Positions 48,269 to 60,299 of a stretch of 64,000 nucleotides of DNA are shown here, in pieces (position 1 is the stretch's first letter; each line of letters begins with the position of its first letter). The position numbers were made by a program, and so were the translations under genes. Below the pieces are notes generated by a model. The model made no database searches, had not been told where the DNA came from, and worked only from the letters and a program-made list of their open reading frames with translations. The stretch covers positions 14,198,001 through 14,262,000 of the forward strand of contig CM060732.1 of assembly GCA_030704615.1 (NCBI GenBank), written 5' to 3'. Source of the stretch: Takakia lepidozioides (Eukaryota; Plantae; Bryophyta).

Positions 48269-48297
48269 AAAGGGAGACACACTACATATGTAGTGTG
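48267..48297 (+). promoter_or_regulatory. Polypurine tract (48267-48277) followed by the perfect 20-bp palindrome CACACTACATATGTAGTGTG
   Basis: Read directly: AAAAAGGGAGA-CACACTACA-TA-TGTAGTGTG. Confidence 0.85.
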
Positions 48298-50421
48298 AAT
48301 GCAGGGGAGTAACATGGAAATTTTGCTTGGCATCAGGATCCGGCATTACTACAAAGGGAGTGCCCGGGTACTAATAACGGGAGGGAACTATCCATGCCTA
48401 CAGGTAATTCCATGGGCACACTATGCTATTGCTCTGCCAGGACAAAATGTGGCTAAGTCATGAAATACGCCTTTTCATCCATAGGATGAATGGCTTTCAT
48501 CGCTGGTGATTACCGTAGAAACGCGGGTCGAGGAAGCTTAGGGCTTGCTGGAGGGTAATCGTGCAGGGAACAGCTAGGTAATTTTGCTCAAGCCAGGAGA
48601 AGGGAGGCGGTGCAGGACGATTCATCAAGGGCAAGGGAAGTAATATCATGTACTACTGACAGAAGTAATGAAGGCATAGAGGCGGTGCTTCCTGTGATTT
48701 GACCGCTGAAGGTGTAGGAGTTGCGGGGAAAGCAGCTCGGTGGAGGGGCAGCAGTGCCGTCGTTACTCTCATAACCACGATGACAAGGAGGATGAACCTG
48801 CAAGGGAAACAACCTGCTGCCAGGGAATAGGAAGGTGGGGTTGCAGACTTGATCAAAGGCTAGTTAAGATGATGGAGCAGCTCCATCATGACGGGCATCT
48901 GCCAGAGGTAGGGTGTGCAAACTGATACCGCCGCCATTGCATTCATGTGCAATTATAGAAAGCTGCACTTGTGGAGAAGCAATTGCTGCCAGATCAAGGG
49001 CAGAGATGGGATTACTGACTTGACCACTTGTGAAATGGTGCAATCGCCAGAATGAGGGCATTGGCTTGTGGACAGTGATACAGGTTATCTGTAAATAAAG
49101 AAGCAAAGAGTGAAATATGTAGAGCATGAAGCTTTCAGATAATGACTGTCTTCTTGTTATCACATCAGATCTTAGGGTAGATTAGCAGAGATGGTAGGAT
49201 AGGGTAGTTAGTTGGCAAGCAACAAGGTTACTGCCATAGGTTGAAACAGAGCTGTCAAGACTCACGGAACGCTTGAATCGACGAAATATCTGAAGGTGGA
49301 GTGGCATAGCAATGACAGGATCTGACATGCATAGATCTTTGTTTTTACAACGTGGCATTCAAACGACAAAAGGAGTTAGGGGAGCTGCTGACAGAGATGG
49401 TGAGGTGCCATTTCAGGCAGGCGATCCCACCGCTTCAGCTGGAGTATAAGAGAGCTAAGTTGATAGATACAAGGCCCCTCTCTGACTTAGGGATAGTTGC
49501 TATGGAATTTTGCTAGAGAGACTCTCAATAGAGATGAGGGAGATAGAAAAAGATTTTGGCAAATGGAATGGTGACTTCTGGAATTCATACCAGTCCTGGA
49601 GGTAGAGAGAAAGTGAGGTAGGGTGGAAGTTGTGTGGAGTGCTGCAAGAAGTTGGGAAGTCAGCTCTCAAACATAGGATGCTTCCTTTTTGGGTGTGACT
49701 TAGAAATCGTTTTGGGCAGATTTAGGACTTGCTCTTGATAGAAGGGAAAAGGATAGAGACATGTGATAGAGGAAAAAGGGTTTTTGAAAATGAAATGGAG
49801 TGGTGGTCTGGTCTTCAAACCAGAATGGTGTAGAGAGGATAAGAGATGATGCATGTCAATTGGGAATGGTGATAGAAGGGCTGTCTGGTCCAATATGGGC
49901 ACTTGCATCAGAAAAGGGAGATAAAACATTGGGAAGAAGAGAGATCCGCTCAGCAAAAGAATGATGAGAGGAGGGTCAGTTGAGAGATAAAGGAAAGACC
50001 ATGAGTTGGATAGAAATATCAGACCTGCATTGTATGGTAGATACATGTTGCCTTGCACTTTCGGTGATTGCATGACAACAAAGGGGGTTCAATGTAGATG
50101 CTACATGCAAATGGTGAACTCATAGGCTGTCATTAACCCACTGGTAAGCTGTTTGAGTGACTATATCAGCATGAAAACTAAGCTGGTGCAAGACAGAACC
50201 CTAGTCAGGCCTGTTGCACTATGCAGGAAACACCTTCACTTGTCCCATCCATGTCTTCTCTTCCGCTGCGGCGTGGATGAGGGCTTCATGAACTCTGATC
50301 ATAAACAACATGGATGTAGCCAACCTGTGTGGGAGAACCAGGATAACAACAAGACCTTGCACTAAGAACTAGATTAGGATTAGACAGAAGGGGATATATG
50401 CCCCATTCTTTTCACACTACA
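48289..50421 (+). repeat. 3' LTR of element X, TGTAGTGTGAA...TTCACACTACA
   Basis: 11-bp terminal inverted repeat, near-identical to 28779-30892 (reverse complement), preceded by the PPT. Confidence 0.9.
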
Positions 50422-51130
50422 CGTCCTTCCCAACTCCCCAATTGAAGAGGGACATCGAACGCCAACCTCGTCGCCAATTACGGTTCTCCTTTGGCAGAAC
50501 GCACCTCAATGGAGGCCCCCACGTCACTTGTCGGGAGTCCCAGCTTTTGTGCCGTTGCCGGTGTCATGAAGGAGTGCGACGCTCCTGTGTCCACCAACAA
50601 CGACACGTTAGTTCCGGATATCATCCCATCTACGAACAATAACTGACTCCCTTTACGTAAGGCGCCCGTTTCCTGATACAACTCACAAGAAAATTTGCCT
50701 ACCTTGCAAGTCATCGCGACCACCGCTTCCACTAAGCGACTGATGGTATCTTCTGACAGCTCCGTGGTCGCCCGAGTCATGTTCAATTGTCGGGGTTTCG
50801 TGCACTTCTTGGCCATGTGCCCGGGCTCCCCGCAATTGAAACACACTCCATCGAATGTCGCCTTCTGTCCGCCATAAGGCGCTGCACCTACTTTTCCTTT
50901 CGGAGCACTAGGTGCCGCCTTGACGTGTGAAGGCCCTCCCTTCGATTTCCACGTGCCATTGTCGCCGCGTGGCCTATCCCACTTCTTTTTCGGTCGGAAG
51001 GAGTCACCTTCCCGTCGGGTCTTCTTGTGGTTCAGCTCCGTACGGCCTTGTCTGTCGCCCCTAGGGACATCCGAGAAACATTTAGCCCTCTCAATGGCCT
51101 CGTTCAAAGTCCAGGTGCGAGATTCGAGAT
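50422..51130 (-). pseudogene. Ty3/gypsy gag C-terminus (CCHC knuckle) and protease N-terminus; likely the 5' part of the chromovirus at 30893
   Basis: CFNCGEPGHMAKKC and LLVDTGASHSFM. It breaks at ...LQLGSWEG, and 30893 continues with TENFTICEIDGVDLI. Confidence 0.85.
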
Positions 51131-51140
51131 AGTGAGAGAC

Positions 51141-51795
51141 GAAGGCTCAGTGGCACCAAGTACTTGGAACCGCGGAGGCCATCAACGATTGGAAGTCGCA
51201 CTTTGAAGTTCCACACAAAGTTTCAAGATACATGCACGAAGGTGGGAGCTCCAATTCCATATTGGGGATGATGGCAATGTTGGGGAACTAGACGAACCAA
51301 TAACATCTCCTGATAGATTTTGCTCATGCTGGATCCTGCCATATTCTTGAGGCAGACATGAACATTCACACTAACAAGTGCCAGGAATGTTAGTTAAAAC
51401 GGTTAGACAACCAAGTTGTGCTCATAAAGAGAGGCCGCATTTCCGTTGTATCGGAGACAAAGCATCCCAGTGCACATGCCAGAACGGAAATGCGGCACCG
51501 CATTCCCGTTCGAGCTCATCCTCTCTTTGAGTGTGACAGAAATGCGGCACCGCATTTCCGTCCACCGTCACACCAAACAAATGCTGGAATGGAAATGCGG
51601 TATCGCAATTCCGTCTGGGCTCTTCCTTTGGAAGAGAACCGACGGAAATGCGGTGCCACATTTCCGTCCAATGAGACACCTAAGCCATGGTGGAACAAAA
51701 ATACGGCACCGCAGTTCCGTCGACTGTTACACCTAAGATAGGCAGGATCTTCATTTGGAAGACAGCCGACGGAAATGTGGTACCCCATTCCGTCC
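51141..51795 (-). mobile_element. Fragment of another MULE subfamily: pre-transposase block plus short palindrome array (51424-51795)
   Basis: 51141-51425 aligns with 22745-23017. It has six to seven palindromes with different spacers. Confidence 0.8.
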
Positions 51796-52365
51796 GGGAT
51801 GTTCCTCTCCAAATTGTGAAACAAATGCTGAAAAAGTAAGACAGTAAGAAATCACATGTTGAATTAGGAAGAAGTTCGATTACAGAAGACTGAAAAACAT
51901 GCAGACCTCATTCAGAGAGAGAAGAGAGAGAAGACTCCGGCCGAAGCCGGCGTAACTAAGAACCACTTCGCCTTGCGGCTACTGCCCCCTGTCGGGGGTG
52001 GGCCCTATCTAAAAGACAGGTGACCGGTTGGTCACCTAGTAACCAGGGTATGTGTGCAGTTGTGGTGCTAGAAAGAGAATGAGGGGTACCATCGGGGCGG
52101 GGGGGGGTAGGGTTCCTAGGGTACTGATGTTGGGTTGGACTCGAGTTTTTGTTTATTGGTGATAATAGCTGTGAGAGAACGGAGGGCTGTGAGGTGGATA
52201 GCTTGAAAACATTTGTGAATTGGGGAGAGAGGGATGTGAAAGTTTTCCAGCTCTTTTATGAACATTAGGGTATGAGCTGCATTTGTCTTGTGTTAGTCGT
52301 TTAAGAGGGGAGATAGTCAAGTAACCTGTGGGCCGTAATGGAAGTATTTTTGCAGGATTACGGGT

Positions 52366-53560
52366 GTGAAACCGCGTCGGAAGGCACGGTCTCGTGGAGC
52401 TCCTATCAAAGGTCCGGCAAGACAAAGTGCCCGACTTGTCACCATGACTCGTACAACTACCAAGCCCACAGTAATTTTTGACATAGACGACGACGATCCT
52501 TACCTCCCACCACAAAAGGTCGCAGTACAGGAAGGGACTAGGGATTCAGCCGACTCCATGTCGGAGGACGCAGATGCAGGCACAGTGGCACACGCAGGGA
52601 AAAAACGTGGTGCAGGCACACAGTCTCCATCTGTGAGTGCATTTTATGGGCATATTTGTAGTCTCTCACCACTTATTCCGAAGGTGAGCACAACCTCATG
52701 AGTGCCGAATAGTATCATGCGGACTTCATTAGGGGCCATGATCCGGGGAGGGATTGTCTAAATACTTGGCAGATTAAATTGCGTGTCAATATTCTTCTTC
52801 TTTCAGTTCTGTCTCTTCCGTGCTTTGTAGGTCTGTCCCTCATTTGCATGTTTGGTTTCGAAGGGGGTGTGCTATCATAAGCACATTCTCTGTGTAGATT
52901 CAGCTTGTGCATTTCTGTCTGTCCATTTTCTGAGTGGCGGAGCTGCACCATTGCCCATGTGCATGTGGCCCCTATATTCCATAGCACTATTTACAACTTT
53001 GTAAGCAGTAGGTCTCGTATGTTGAGCACATTCCATCTTTTCTCACAGCTTTTAGGTATGCCCCTCCCTACTGCATGTTTGGTATGGATTTTAGGCAAAA
53101 CCCATACATTAAAGGGGTTGAAAATTAAGTCTTGGGCGCACATCATTGAAGCCAATCCAATTTGGCCGATTTTCTAGCCAAGATCTGTCTGATTTTTGGG
53201 TAATCAGACCTGTACAAATCATGCATACTGTTTATACTTTATGACACCTTTATGTCATGATATGGTGTGGTCCTTGTAGTTGGATTTACTTGGCATTGTG
53301 TTTCATGTATGGAAACCCATGGCAAGCAAAAACAGAAGCAGAAAAATGCCACAGGAGTCGGCCCTCAGTCCCCCCAGGTTTTCCATACTCAGCCACCAGT
53401 ACCAGGCTCTCAATATCGCTCCATGCCTCGGTACCCGGTTCCCAACCAGCATCCACCCACTGGCAATGTGGAGGGTCAGTACGCAACGGCCCCCAACACA
53501 ATTATGCAGCTGGCCATTATGGCCCTTATGCTCCTCCTCCATATCGCCCACCTCCAGGAG
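52366..53560 (+). other. Possible decayed spliced gene of unknown (probably transposon accessory) origin
   Basis: A basic/acidic low-complexity ORF ends at a GTGAGT donor (~52633), and a Pro-rich segment follows a CAG acceptor (~53392). No recognisable domain. Confidence 0.25.
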
Positions 53561-53714
53561 ACATCATTGTCTGGCTCTCTGTTTTCACAGACGCTTCTGG
53601 AATCAAGCGGGAGTCTTTGCGCGCAATGGAGTATTTGGAGGGCTATTACCGCTTTGAGCGAGGTGAGGGCGAGGGTCAATGCGGTCCATGGGTCCTGAAA
53701 ATTGTTGACCTCTC

Positions 53715-56713
53715 GACACGTCTTTCCTTTCTCTTCTCTTCTGCTTTCGCGTGTAGATCTTTCTCAGACTCGTCAACAATTCTGCCAAACATGTCCAGGT
53801 ACCACGGGCATCCAACCAGATGCGCGGCATGCCATTGTTTCTGCATCTCAGGTGTGTAGACACAGCTTGGGCCCGCCACGGTCCAAGCCATGAAGAACGG
53901 GGGCTCTTGAGCCAGGGCCCCTGTTTGAAGAAGCACGTATTTCATATACCTGCAGGGCAGTCAGCATGCGTGAGCAAAAGTTGAGACCAATGTACTCGCA
54001 GAATGCAACCAAAAACTTAAAATGCGAATGCGGTGCCGCATTTCCCAGACAAACCTCATAACCAGGTTTCGCATACAAGGACAGCTGGGCTTCACCTATA
54101 AACAATTCGCATTGCAGCTTTTCCCGCTCCCTCCTGATGTGTAAACTCCACGCTCCTTCTTGTTGTCTGCAGCTCCCTGGCGAAGAGGTTGTTCTTGTAC
54201 ACACATCTGAAACGTGTCACGTAGTCTTCCAATGTCTGTGTTCCATCCCATTTGACATACAAACCGAACGAATTTGTATGCATTACGACTTGCTCCTTCG
54301 CATTCGTCATTACCTGCGATTCCCACATGCATTGTCACGTAGCAGTTCAGGGAATTCATTTCAGAAAAGCAAATCTGGGGAAGTACCTTGAATTACCTGG
54401 AACCACCAAGTCATGCGGTTGAGCCACACATCCACTGCAGGGTCGGAAACTTTGAGTGGAAAAGACCACATTGTCCTTATACTCTCCGATGCATTCCAGA
54501 TCGACAGCCACCGTGTCTGCCATTTCCGATCCAATGTCAGGAGTAGGAAGAAGAGTGGCTATTGCTAGGAAGGAACTTCAGTGCATTGAAACCTCACCTT
54601 CTCTTTCGCCTCAACACATGCCGTTGAGAGGTGATGCAGTTTCTCCAACTGCATGGTCGGCTGCATGGCTCGAGAATAGTGTTTTGCAATCTCGGGGATG
54701 AAGTCCTTTCCAAGTGCCGGATCTGCAATCGCCACCAGCTTCACAAGCTTTGACTTCTATTTCGTTCTGGACTTGACCCCGGCTTCCTTCAAGTGCTCAG
54801 TCAATGACTGCAACGTTTTGACCTGCCCCTCACTTTCCATGAAGAAGCGTTTGGCATGGGCCAAATCCAGCTTGATGTTTGACTGCCAACAAAAACATGC
54901 AGAAGCGTTACATTCGATTCATGTGGAAAGATTACTGAAAATTGGGGAAGGATGAGCAGAGGGAAATGGGAGGACGACTTACTTTGTATATCACCTCCAC
55001 CATTCCATCCATAGTGGTCAGTTTTTGCCACGGCTTTCTGAATGAGCTCGGGCTCCAGCATTTCCGCAAACATGTGCGGATCAGTGAGACCAGTTTTCCT
55101 CACCCTGTACAGCATATGTGCCATGTGGGTATGCACATACGCATTTTCAGTGACCCTGCAAGGCACACTCTCCAGTTCAGTCCACGAAAGCACGGAAACA
55201 AAACAGATTGGAAACCGAAATGCGGCACCGCATTTCGAACGTGCTTGGGAGGGTATGAGTATCTTACGAGTTGAGGTCCACCATGGCATTCTTGGACAGG
55301 GAGGAGTCTGCCGCCTTCACCTTGAGGATGACACACTCCACCATGTAATGCCAGCCAATGTGCTTGGCATGGTTCTTCTTGATGTACTCCCACCAGGCAA
55401 GAAGTCGGTGATTCCCGTCCCACACAAAGAACATTTTACCCGACATATGGCCGAAGTCTGGATCACCCTTCAGCGTTGCCTTGAATTCGTCGTTGCGAGT
55501 GTGCCAGTGGGTATCCCATGTTGACAATTCATCCGTAATAGGCCCACAAAATTGGCCGTCCTCATTCTCAAGGGAAACGTAGAAGGCTGACGAACCTAGA
55601 CGGTACCCTTCTCGAAATGCAAACTTGAGCTTATCCACATCTCCGGGAAGTGCCTGCCTGACGATGGGAAGGGAGACCATGCGACAGAGTGGGATTCGAA
55701 GAGTCCGCTGGAATACCCTGCTGCCCAGAACTCTGCCAATGCTATTCTGTGTCTCCTCCAACATTGTATCCGCTGCACTTTGGAATTCCTCCGGAGACAT
55801 TTCTGTTGGCGGCGGTAGGGGTTGAGCAGCTGGAGCATCCCCAACTGGAGCTGCACTTTGGGGAATCTTTGCGGGCAATTCTGCAATTGCAGAGGCCTCC
55901 TCCGGGCCTACAATATTCTGAAGATCTTCCTCAACGGTGGTCAGGTCTTGCTGCAAACGTTGAGCGGCAGCACCCTCCTCCGGTACCAGATCGATGAAAT
56001 CGGTCGATCCCATTGCCTTCACTGCAGCAGAGACGCCCCCAACATCACCAGGCTAGAAATCAAGCAGGAACTGGGCTTCAGCTTGTGGAATCGGTTTTGC
56101 GGGAGACTGTTCCGCCCTCCCCGTGATTGCCTTCTGCTTCCTCATTCTTGCAGGTGAAGTTGTCTGCTGCAATTGAATCTGCTTCATTCGCCTGGGTGGG
56201 GGGGAAACGGCCTGGTCCGGTTCAGAAACAAGTTGAAGGAAGGCTGCTTCTTCTTCGTCTTTGCTGGAGAAGGGCTAGACCCCTACTGGCGATTCTCCAT
56301 GACCTTCGAACGCGAGTCGCTCTCTGGGGCTTTGAACTGCAAAGACTTGCCCTTCGAAGCCGCGTCCTTGAAACGCACAGGGCTAGGCCCGGCAGGAAGA
56401 CTCGTGCTCGTGGATCGGCTGAGTGTGCGTGCTGCAGCTAGCTCCACGGACTCTGCCTGCGGCTCTTTGGATTCCTGTGATCCCTCCAGCACGTCCACCT
56501 TTCTGGTTGGGCATACAAACATCTTTTGCATTCAAGTCTCATAACATACAGTCTAAGAATTGTAGAAGAAAAATGAGGGGGTTTTGGTGCTCGATCAGCT
56601 GGCGAATCCCGATAGCACGGAGCTCTCACTGGTGGCTGGGTTGCCTTCGTGGCCTGATGCTGCGAGATGGCAATCTCCTCCTGTAGACGCATCTGCTTCC
56701 TCCCCTTCGGCAT
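53715..56713 (-). pseudogene. ParB/Srx-like domain gene (copy 4)
   Basis: ORF 55264-56022 contains FFVWDGNHRLLAW. Same exon layout as the other copies, with small deletions. Confidence 0.7.
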
Positions 56714-57150
56714 TGGCCTATGTCCGAAGTACAATTTTCGGAGCTTGCGACGATGTCTCTTCTCTGGTGCACGCACTCCCTCCCTCTCAGGTTCGAGCAT
56801 AAGAAGAACAGAGACAAGGAAAAGGGGCGAAGAGTGCAGATGGAAAGGGCGCGAGATGGGTGACTAAGTAGACATGACAAAAGAAGATGAAACGGCGGTG
56901 ATGCACCACTTGGGTTCGAAACGCTTGGACGAAAGTGTCTCCTTGTGGACTTTGCGTCATTACGAAATTTGAATCGTTAAGGGTATGCCTGCCGTCCGAA
57001 AAACAAACATCATTATCCAACGGTCAGGCCGCGCCGCCTCGTGCCACTTCAGTCAGATAGAGTGCAGACATGTGCCGCAATTCCGTTGCTCCACGTGTTC
57101 ACATTTCATGGCATTTCCGACCCAGCGTCTGATGAGTTGGAGTGAAAATG

Positions 57151-59821
57151 CAAATGCGGCGCCGCATTTCCGTTAAGTACCATCCCGGAACTACACATAC
57201 CGTACTTGTTGGAAGAAATGCGGCACCGCATTTCCGTTCCACCTTCACAAACCTTAGTTGTTGAACGGAAATGCGGTGCCGCATTTCCGGTCTGGAGAGT
57301 ATGAAAGCCTCACATGGAGGGAAATGCGCCACCGCATTTCCGTCCCACAGCTCCATGACTGAGATACAAAAGGGAAATGCGGCGCCGCATTTCCGTTCTG
57401 GAATGTCGGAAGGTGCGATTCGGACGGAAATGCGGCACCGCATTTCAGTTCCAGTGGTTCATGACTTTCAATCTGAACGGAAATGCGGTACCGCATTTCC
57501 GTTCCACCTTCACATACCTTAGTTGATGAACGGAAATGCCGTGCCGCATTTCCGTTCGGGAAAGTATGAAGGTCTCACCTGGACGGAAATACGGTGCCGC
57601 ATTTCCGTCCTACAGCTCCATGCCTCATATACAAAACGGAAATGCGGCGCCGCATTTCCGTTCCGGAATGTCGGAAGGTGCGACTCGGACGGGAATGCGG
57701 TGCCGCATTGCAGTTCCGATGGTTCACGATTTTCTGTCAGAACGGAAATGCGGTACCGCATTTCCATTCTGGAGAGTATGAAGGTCTCAAACGGACGGAA
57801 ATGCGGTGCAAAATTTCCGTCCCTCCGATCCATGCCTGAGATAGAAAACGGAAATGCGGCGCCGCATTTCCGTTCTGGTATGTCGGAAGGTGCGACTCGG
57901 ACGGAAATGCGGTGCCGCATTTAAGTTCCAGTTGTTCTTTTCTCAATCAGAACGGAAATGCGGTACCGCATTTCCGTTCTGGATAGTATGAAGGTCTTAA
58001 CCGGTCGGAAATGCGCTGCAGTATTTCCGTCACTCGGCTCCAAGCCTCAGATAAAAAACGGAAATGCGGCGCCGCATTTCCGTTCTGGAATGTCGGAAGG
58101 TGCGACTCGGATGGAAATGCGGTGCCGCATTTCAGTTCCGATGGTTCACGATTTTTAGTCAGAACGGAAATGTGGTGCCGCATTTCCGTTCTGGAGAGTA
58201 TGAAGGTCTCAAACGGACGGAAATGCGGTGCAACATTTCCGTCACTCAGCTCCATGCTTCATATACAAAATGGAAATGCGGCGCCGCATTTCCGTTCTGG
58301 AATGTCGGAAGGTGCGACTCGGACGGAAATGCGGTGCCGCATTTCAGTTCCGATGGTTCACGATTTTCAGTCAGAATGGAAATGCGGTACCGCATTTCCG
58401 TTCTGGAGAGTATGAAGGTCGCAAACGGACGGAAATGCGGTGCAGCATTTTTATCCCTCAGCTCCATGCGTCAGATACAAAACGGAAATGCGGCGCCGTA
58501 TTTCCGTTCTGGTATGTCGGAAGGTGCGACTCGGCAGAAATGCGGTGCCGCATTTCAGTTCCCGTGGTTCATGATTCTCAATAATAATGGAAATGCGGTA
58601 CTGCATTTCCATTCCACCTTCACATACCGCGCTTGTTGGATGGAAATGCGGCACCGCATTTCCGTTCTAGAGAGTATAAAGGTTTCCCCCGGACGGAAAC
58701 TCAGTGCCACATTTCCGTCGCACTGATGCATGACTAAGATGCAAAACGGAAATGCGGCGCCGTATTTCCGACCAACAACAATCGAAAGTATCACTCCGGA
58801 CAGAAATACGGAACCTCATTTCCGCATGCGGAACCTCAATGGGTTGCATTGTTCCGAAACAACACAATTGCGGCCTGTCTTGATGAGCACAACTTGGTTG
58901 TCTGACCTTTTTAACTAACAGTCCTGACATTTCAGTTCCGATGGTTCACGATTTTCAAACAGAACGGAAATGCAGTACCGCATTTCCGTTCTGGAGAGTA
59001 TGAAGGTCTCAAACGGACGGAAATGCGGTGCAAAATTTTCCGCTCTATGCCTGAGATAGAAAACGGAAATGCGGCGCCGCATTTCCGTTCTGGAATGTCG
59101 GAAGGTGCGACTCGGACGGAAATGCGGTGCCGCATTTCAGTTCCGATGGTTCACGATTTGTAGTCAGAACGGAAGCATTTCTATTCTGGAGAGTATGAAG
59201 GTCTCAAACGGACGGTAATGCGGTGCAGCATTTCCGTCACTCAGCTCCATGCCTCATATACAAAACGGAAATGCGGCGCCGCATTTCCGGTCTGGAATGT
59301 CGGAAGGTGCGACTCGGATGGAAATGCGGTGCCGTATTTCAGTTCCGATGGTTCATGATTTTCAGTCAGAACGGAAATGCGGTACCGCATTTCCGTTCAG
59401 GAGAGTTTGAAGGTCTTAAAACGGACGGAAATGCGGTGCAGCATTTCTATCCCTCAGCTCCATGCCTCAGATACAAAACGAAAATGCGGCGCCGCATTTC
59501 CGTTCTGGTATGTCGGAAGGTGCGACTCGGACGGAAATGCGGTGCCGCATTTGAGTTCCCGTGGTCTATGATTCTCAATCAGAACGAAAATGCGGTACCG
59601 CATTTCCATTCCACCTTCACATACAGTGCTTGTTGGATGGAAATGCGGCACCGCATTTCCGTTCTGGAGAGTATAAAGGTTTCCCCCGGACGGAAACTCG
59701 GTGCCACATTTCCGTCGCACTGATGCATGACTAAGATGCAAAACGGAAATGCGGCGCCGTATTTCTGTCCAACAGCAATCGAAAGTATCACTCCGGACGG
59801 AAATGCGGAACCTCATTTCCG
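57151..59821. repeat. Palindrome array 3 with 212-bp four-unit higher-order repeat and a ~1-kb internal duplication
   Basis: GAAATG starts at 58061, 58114, 58167, 58220 and 58273 (53-bp steps). Duplication junction at ~58927. Confidence 0.95.
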
Positions 59822-60299
59822 CATGCGGAACCTCAATGCGTTGCATTGTTCCGAAACAACACAATTGCGGCCTGTCTTAATAAGCACAACTTGGTTGTCT
59901 GACCGTTTTAACTAACAGTCCTGGCACTTGTTAGTGCGAACGTTCATGTCTGCACCGAGAATACTGCTGGATCCACCCTCAGGAGAAACTGTCAGGAGAC
60001 GTTATTTCGTCGCCGAATCGGCCATCATTGTTATACTTACTCGCTATGGAATCACACCTCCCACCTTCATGCATGTAGCTTGAAACAATACTTTCCATTT
60101 CAATGTGCGAATTCCAATCGTGAGCCTTGGTCTGTCGCTGTACTGAACCTCGCACTTGCCAACTTCGTGCGGTCTTCGATGGCTCCGAATTCCTACGCTA
60201 TAGTTTGCTGTCCTCCGCAACTTGGGAGAGCCTGGATCCCAAACGAGGGAGGACTTTGCAGAGTGACTTAAACTTACCTTTGTTCCAAATTCAAGCTCA

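Noticed and set aside
28779-50421. 2.1-kb terminal inverted repeats of a giant DNA transposon or Polinton
   Set aside because: The repeats have TG...CA ends, a PBS and a PPT, so they are LTRs placed in opposite orientation.
57099-59915. Dozens of ORFs with KCGAAFP / NGNAAPHF / EMRRRIS repeats
   Set aside because: These are six-frame translations of the palindrome, symmetric on both strands. The 53-bp period is not a multiple of 3.
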